A stretch of 64,000 bases of DNA from an uncultured Alphaproteobacteria bacterium (GTDB lineage: Bacteria; Pseudomonadota; Alphaproteobacteria; Rhizobiales; Xanthobacteraceae). Of this stretch, positions 60,824 to 64,000 are shown piece by piece; position 1 is the first letter of the stretch, and every line of letters starts with the position of its first letter. Below the pieces are notes generated by a model. It was not told the origin of the DNA. It saw only the letters and a program-made list of their open reading frames with translations, and did no database searches. The DNA lies in the NCBI GenBank assembly GCA_963801325.1, contig CAWDES010000020.1, forward strand, positions 79,350 to 143,349. Reading direction: 5' to 3'. The translations under genes and the position numbers were made by a program.

Positions 60824-62059
60824 TCAGTGCTGATAGATCAGCCTTGCGCTGATCGTGCCGTCCAGCGCGCGAATTTCATCCAGCAATTCGCTGCAATCGT
60901 GACCAGCGAGATCGACGTCGAGCACGACATAACCGACATCGCTGTCGGTCTCGAGATACTGAGCCGCGATGTTGATGTCGCGCTGGAGAAATACCTCGTT
61001 CAGACGCCTGAGCATACCCGGCACGTTGTGATGGACGTGACTGAAGCGGACGCCATGTGCACGCGAATGAAGCTGCACCTGCGGGAAGTTCACCGCGCCC
61101 ATGGTCGAGCCGTTGATGCAATAGTCGAGCAGCTTGCGCGCGACTTCCCTGCCGATCCGCTCCTGGGCTTCCTCGGTCGAGCCGCCGATATGCGGCGTCA
61201 GGATCACATTGCCGAGGCCCTGCACCGGCGTCTGAAAGCGCTCGGAATTCGACGAGGGCTCCACGGGAAAGACGTCGAGCGCGGCTCCAGCCAGATGTCC
61301 ATCGCGAAGCGCTGCGGCGAGAGCGTCCAGATCGACCACGGTGCCGCGGCTGTTGTTGATCAGGCAAGAGCCCGGCTTCATCAGGCGCAGCTCTTTCGCG
61401 CCGATCATGTTGAAGGTTTCGGGCGTCTCCGGGACATGCAGGCTGACGACGTCGCTTTGCGCCAGCAGGCTCTCCAGCCGATCGACCGGCTCGGTGTTGC
61501 CGTGCCGAAGCTTGTCGGTGCGATCGAAATAGATGACGCGCATGCCCATCGCTTCCGCCAGCGTCGAAAGCTGGGAGCCGATATTGCCATAGCCGATGAT
61601 GCCGAGCGTGCGGCCGCGCACCTCGCGGCTGCCGGCGGCGGACTTGTCCCAGCCGCCGTCATGCGCCGAAACCGATCGCGTGAAGATCTGCCGGAGCAGC
61701 ATCACAATTTCGCCGATGACGAGTTCGGCCACGCTCCTGGTATTTGAAAACGGCGCGTTGAAGACCGGAATTCCGCGCTTTCGGGCCGCCGCGAGATCGA
61801 CCTGATTCGTGCCGACACTGAAACAGCCGACCGCGATCAATTGATCGGCGGCGGCGAAGACGTCTGAGGTCAGCGACGTCCGCGAGCGGATACCGAGCAA
61901 TGAAATGCCTTTGAGGGCACGCTGAAGGGCATCGCCCTCCAGGGCCTTGGGCAGCCGCTCGATGTCCGCAAATCCGGAACTCTGGAGCAGCTCAACCGCG
62001 CTGTCGTTCACGTTTTCCAGCAGCAGAAGCCTCGCTTTTTCAACGCTGGTGGTTGTCAT
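60824..62059 (-). CDS. serA: D-3-phosphoglycerate dehydrogenase
   Basis: GIRSRT, NAPFSNTRSVAEL, GYGNIGSQL, LTPHIGGSTEEAQ, C-terminal ACT domain. Confidence 0.95.
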   Translation of the reverse strand: MTTTSVEKARLLLLENVNDSAVELLQSSGFADIERLPKALEGDALQRALKGISLLGIRSRTSLTSDVFAAADQLIAVGCFSVGTNQVDLAAARKRGIPVFNAPFSNTRSVAELVIGEIVMLLRQIFTRSVSAHDGGWDKSAAGSREVRGRTLGIIGYGNIGSQLSTLAEAMGMRVIYFDRTDKLRHGNTEPVDRLESLLAQSDVVSLHVPETPETFNMIGAKELRLMKPGSCLINNSRGTVVDLDALAAALRDGHLAGAALDVFPVEPSSNSERFQTPVQGLGNVILTPHIGGSTEEAQERIGREVARKLLDYCINGSTMGAVNFPQVQLHSRAHGVRFSHVHHNVPGMLRRLNEVFLQRDINIAAQYLETDSDVGYVVLDVDLAGHDCSELLDEIRALDGTISARLIYQH

Positions 62060-62306
62060 GGCGCTTCCAAATGACAGCGGGGATCAAGAGCTTTCGAGAT
62101 CAGCCGTTCTTAGAGATACGGGCTGATTCGATCCAGCCGATCCACTTGCATCCCCATACTCAATCGACCTGCCGCGTCTGCTCCATGCGTCGGCCGCAGA
62201 GCACATCTTCGTTCCACAACGAGGACGCGAAATAGCCAACAAGATTAACGGCGAGTTTAAGAATTAGTGGCAGGTAAGGGCGTAGGGATGATTGCGGAGT
62301 TTCTCG

Positions 62307-64000
62307 ATGCCCAGGTTCGGAATTGGCGCCAAGCTGCTGTTGTTTTCTGCCATCATCTTTGTCGGTTACGCCTTCCTCGCCTGGCTCGCCAGCCACAAGA
62401 TCCATGAGACCATCATGGCCGAGCGCATCGAATTGGTGCGCCACGTCGATGAGGTCGCGGTCTCCATGGTCAAGACGGCCTATGCCCGCTTCCAGAGCGG
62501 CGAGCTGAGCGAAGAAGCCGCCAAGACGCTGGTCAAGGATCAGCTTCGGACAGGTCCGTTACGGCCGGAGCAACGAGTATTACTACATCCATGACTATGA
62601 CGGGACCAACGTCATGCATGGGATGAAACGGGAGCGCGAGGGCCAGAATTACCTTGGCTTCGTCGACCCGAACGGCCGGCAGATCATCAAGGAGCAGATC
62701 GAAGCCGCCCGCAAGGGCACCGGCGCTGTCATCGCGCTGAGCCCGCTGGGACGCGCCGGCTCGAACGACCCCGTGACCAAGTTGAGCTATGCGATCGCCT
62801 TCGAGCCCTGGCACTGGGCCGTCAGCACCAGCCTGTTCATCGACGACGTCGAGGCCCGCTACGCCGAAGTCGCCTGGCAATTCTTCCTGATTGCGGTCAC
62901 CGTCGGCCTGTTCATGGTGGCCTGCGCCTATGTGTTGTCGCGCCAGATCACCAAGCCGCTCGGCCGCCTCGTGCAGTTCACCGAACAGCCGCTGTCGGCG
63001 GCGCCTTCCGCCGAATTCCAGCGCGATCTCCGCCTGAAGGACGAGATCGGGACGGTGGCGCGCGCGCTTCAGAGTTTCAAGGAGAAATCGGCGGAAGCCG
63101 AACGCCTGCGTGGCGAGGTCGACAGTCAGAAGAGCGAGGCCGAAGCGGCGCGCCGCAAGACCCTGGTCGACATGGTCACGACCGTCGAGACCGAGACCGA
63201 CAACGCCGTGACCGGCATCGACAAGCGCATGGCGGCGATGACCGACGCGGCCTCGGTGATGAGCCGCTCGGCGGAATTGGTCGGCACCAGCGCCCAGACC
63301 GTCGCGGCAGCTTCCTCCCAGGCTCTCAGCAACGCGCAAACGGTCGCGAGCGCCGCCGAACAGTTGTCGAGCTTCGATCCGGGAGATCAGTTCGCAGGTC
63401 ACCAATGCGACCAAAGCCACGAGCGCTGCGGTCAGCCGCAGCGAAAGCGCCCGCACGACCATCGCAACGCTTGCCGAAGCCGTGACGCGCGTGGGTCAGG
63501 TGACGACGCTGATTTCGGAGATTGCTTCGCAAACCAACCTGCTTGCGTTGAACGCGACCATCGAGGCGGCGCGCGCCGGCGAAGCGGGCCGCGGCTTTGC
63601 CGTGGTCGCGAGCGAAGTGAAGTCGCTGGCGACCCAGACGGCGCGGTCGACCGAAGAGATCAACCGCCAGATCAGCGAGATCCAGAGCATCACCCAGGAA
63701 ACCGTCCGTGGCATGGACGATGTCAGCAGCACGGTGCGTACGATCGACGAAATCGCGGGCTCGATTGCCGCCGCGGTCGAAGAACAGCACGCGGCGACTT
63801 CGGAGATTTCCCGCAACGTGACCGAGACCGCCAATGGCGCCCGCGAAGTCTCGACCCGGATCACCGAAGTGTCGGGCGAGGCGACGCGTCTCGGCGGAGA
63901 GGCTGGACGGGTTCACAGCTACGCTGCCGACGTCAACGACGCGGTGTCGTCGCTGCGCCGGGTCATCGTGACCGCCGTTCGCAGCTCTGCTGCGGCCTGA
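62307..64000 (+). CDS. Methyl-accepting chemotaxis protein with sCache_2 and HAMP domains (frameshifts near 62552 and 63370)
   Basis: TM, RYG..EYYYIHD..GT.VMH...[46 protein letters not shown]. Stop at the window end. Confidence 0.92.

Noticed and set aside
62245-62260. CtrA box upstream of the chemoreceptor
   Set aside because: Spacing is TTAA-N8-TTAA (or N7 with a mismatch). Plausible for a chemotaxis gene but too weak to call.

Overview
GC-rich alphaproteobacterial chromosomal DNA. Gene content and intergenic repeats point to a Bradyrhizobium/Nitrobacteraceae-like organism (inference). I found no rRNA, tRNA, CRISPR array, transposase or phage genes. About ten genes are broken by 1-nt indels, mostly at short homopolymers, which looks like unpolished long-read error. 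Main blocks: (i) 1-16 kb: type I secretion pair, amidase with a small partner, CHASE2 adenylate/guanylate cyclase, a ~7.1-kb repetitive FecR-domain surface protein, and a divergent LapG-like (BTLCP) peptidase. (ii) 16-37 kb: PQQ/heme-c alcohol dehydrogenase, ABC exporter, hydrolases, a NicC-like monooxygenase cluster and a Mo-hydroxylase operon. (iii) 37-55 kb: catalytically degenerate HtrA-like protein with a LuxR-type regulator, SPFH protein, L,D-transpeptidase, binding proteins, CarD paralog, rhodanese and an EcfG-promoter hybrid kinase. (iv) 55.9-60.4 kb: an intact, tightly coupled four-gene membrane operon (4-TM coiled-coil protein, periplasmic vWA-like protein, MotA/ZorA-like protein with a long tail, MotB/ZorB-like OmpA protein). 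This operon is my best candidate for an undescribed system. serA and a chemoreceptor close the window. All family calls come from motif recognition by eye, not database searches.
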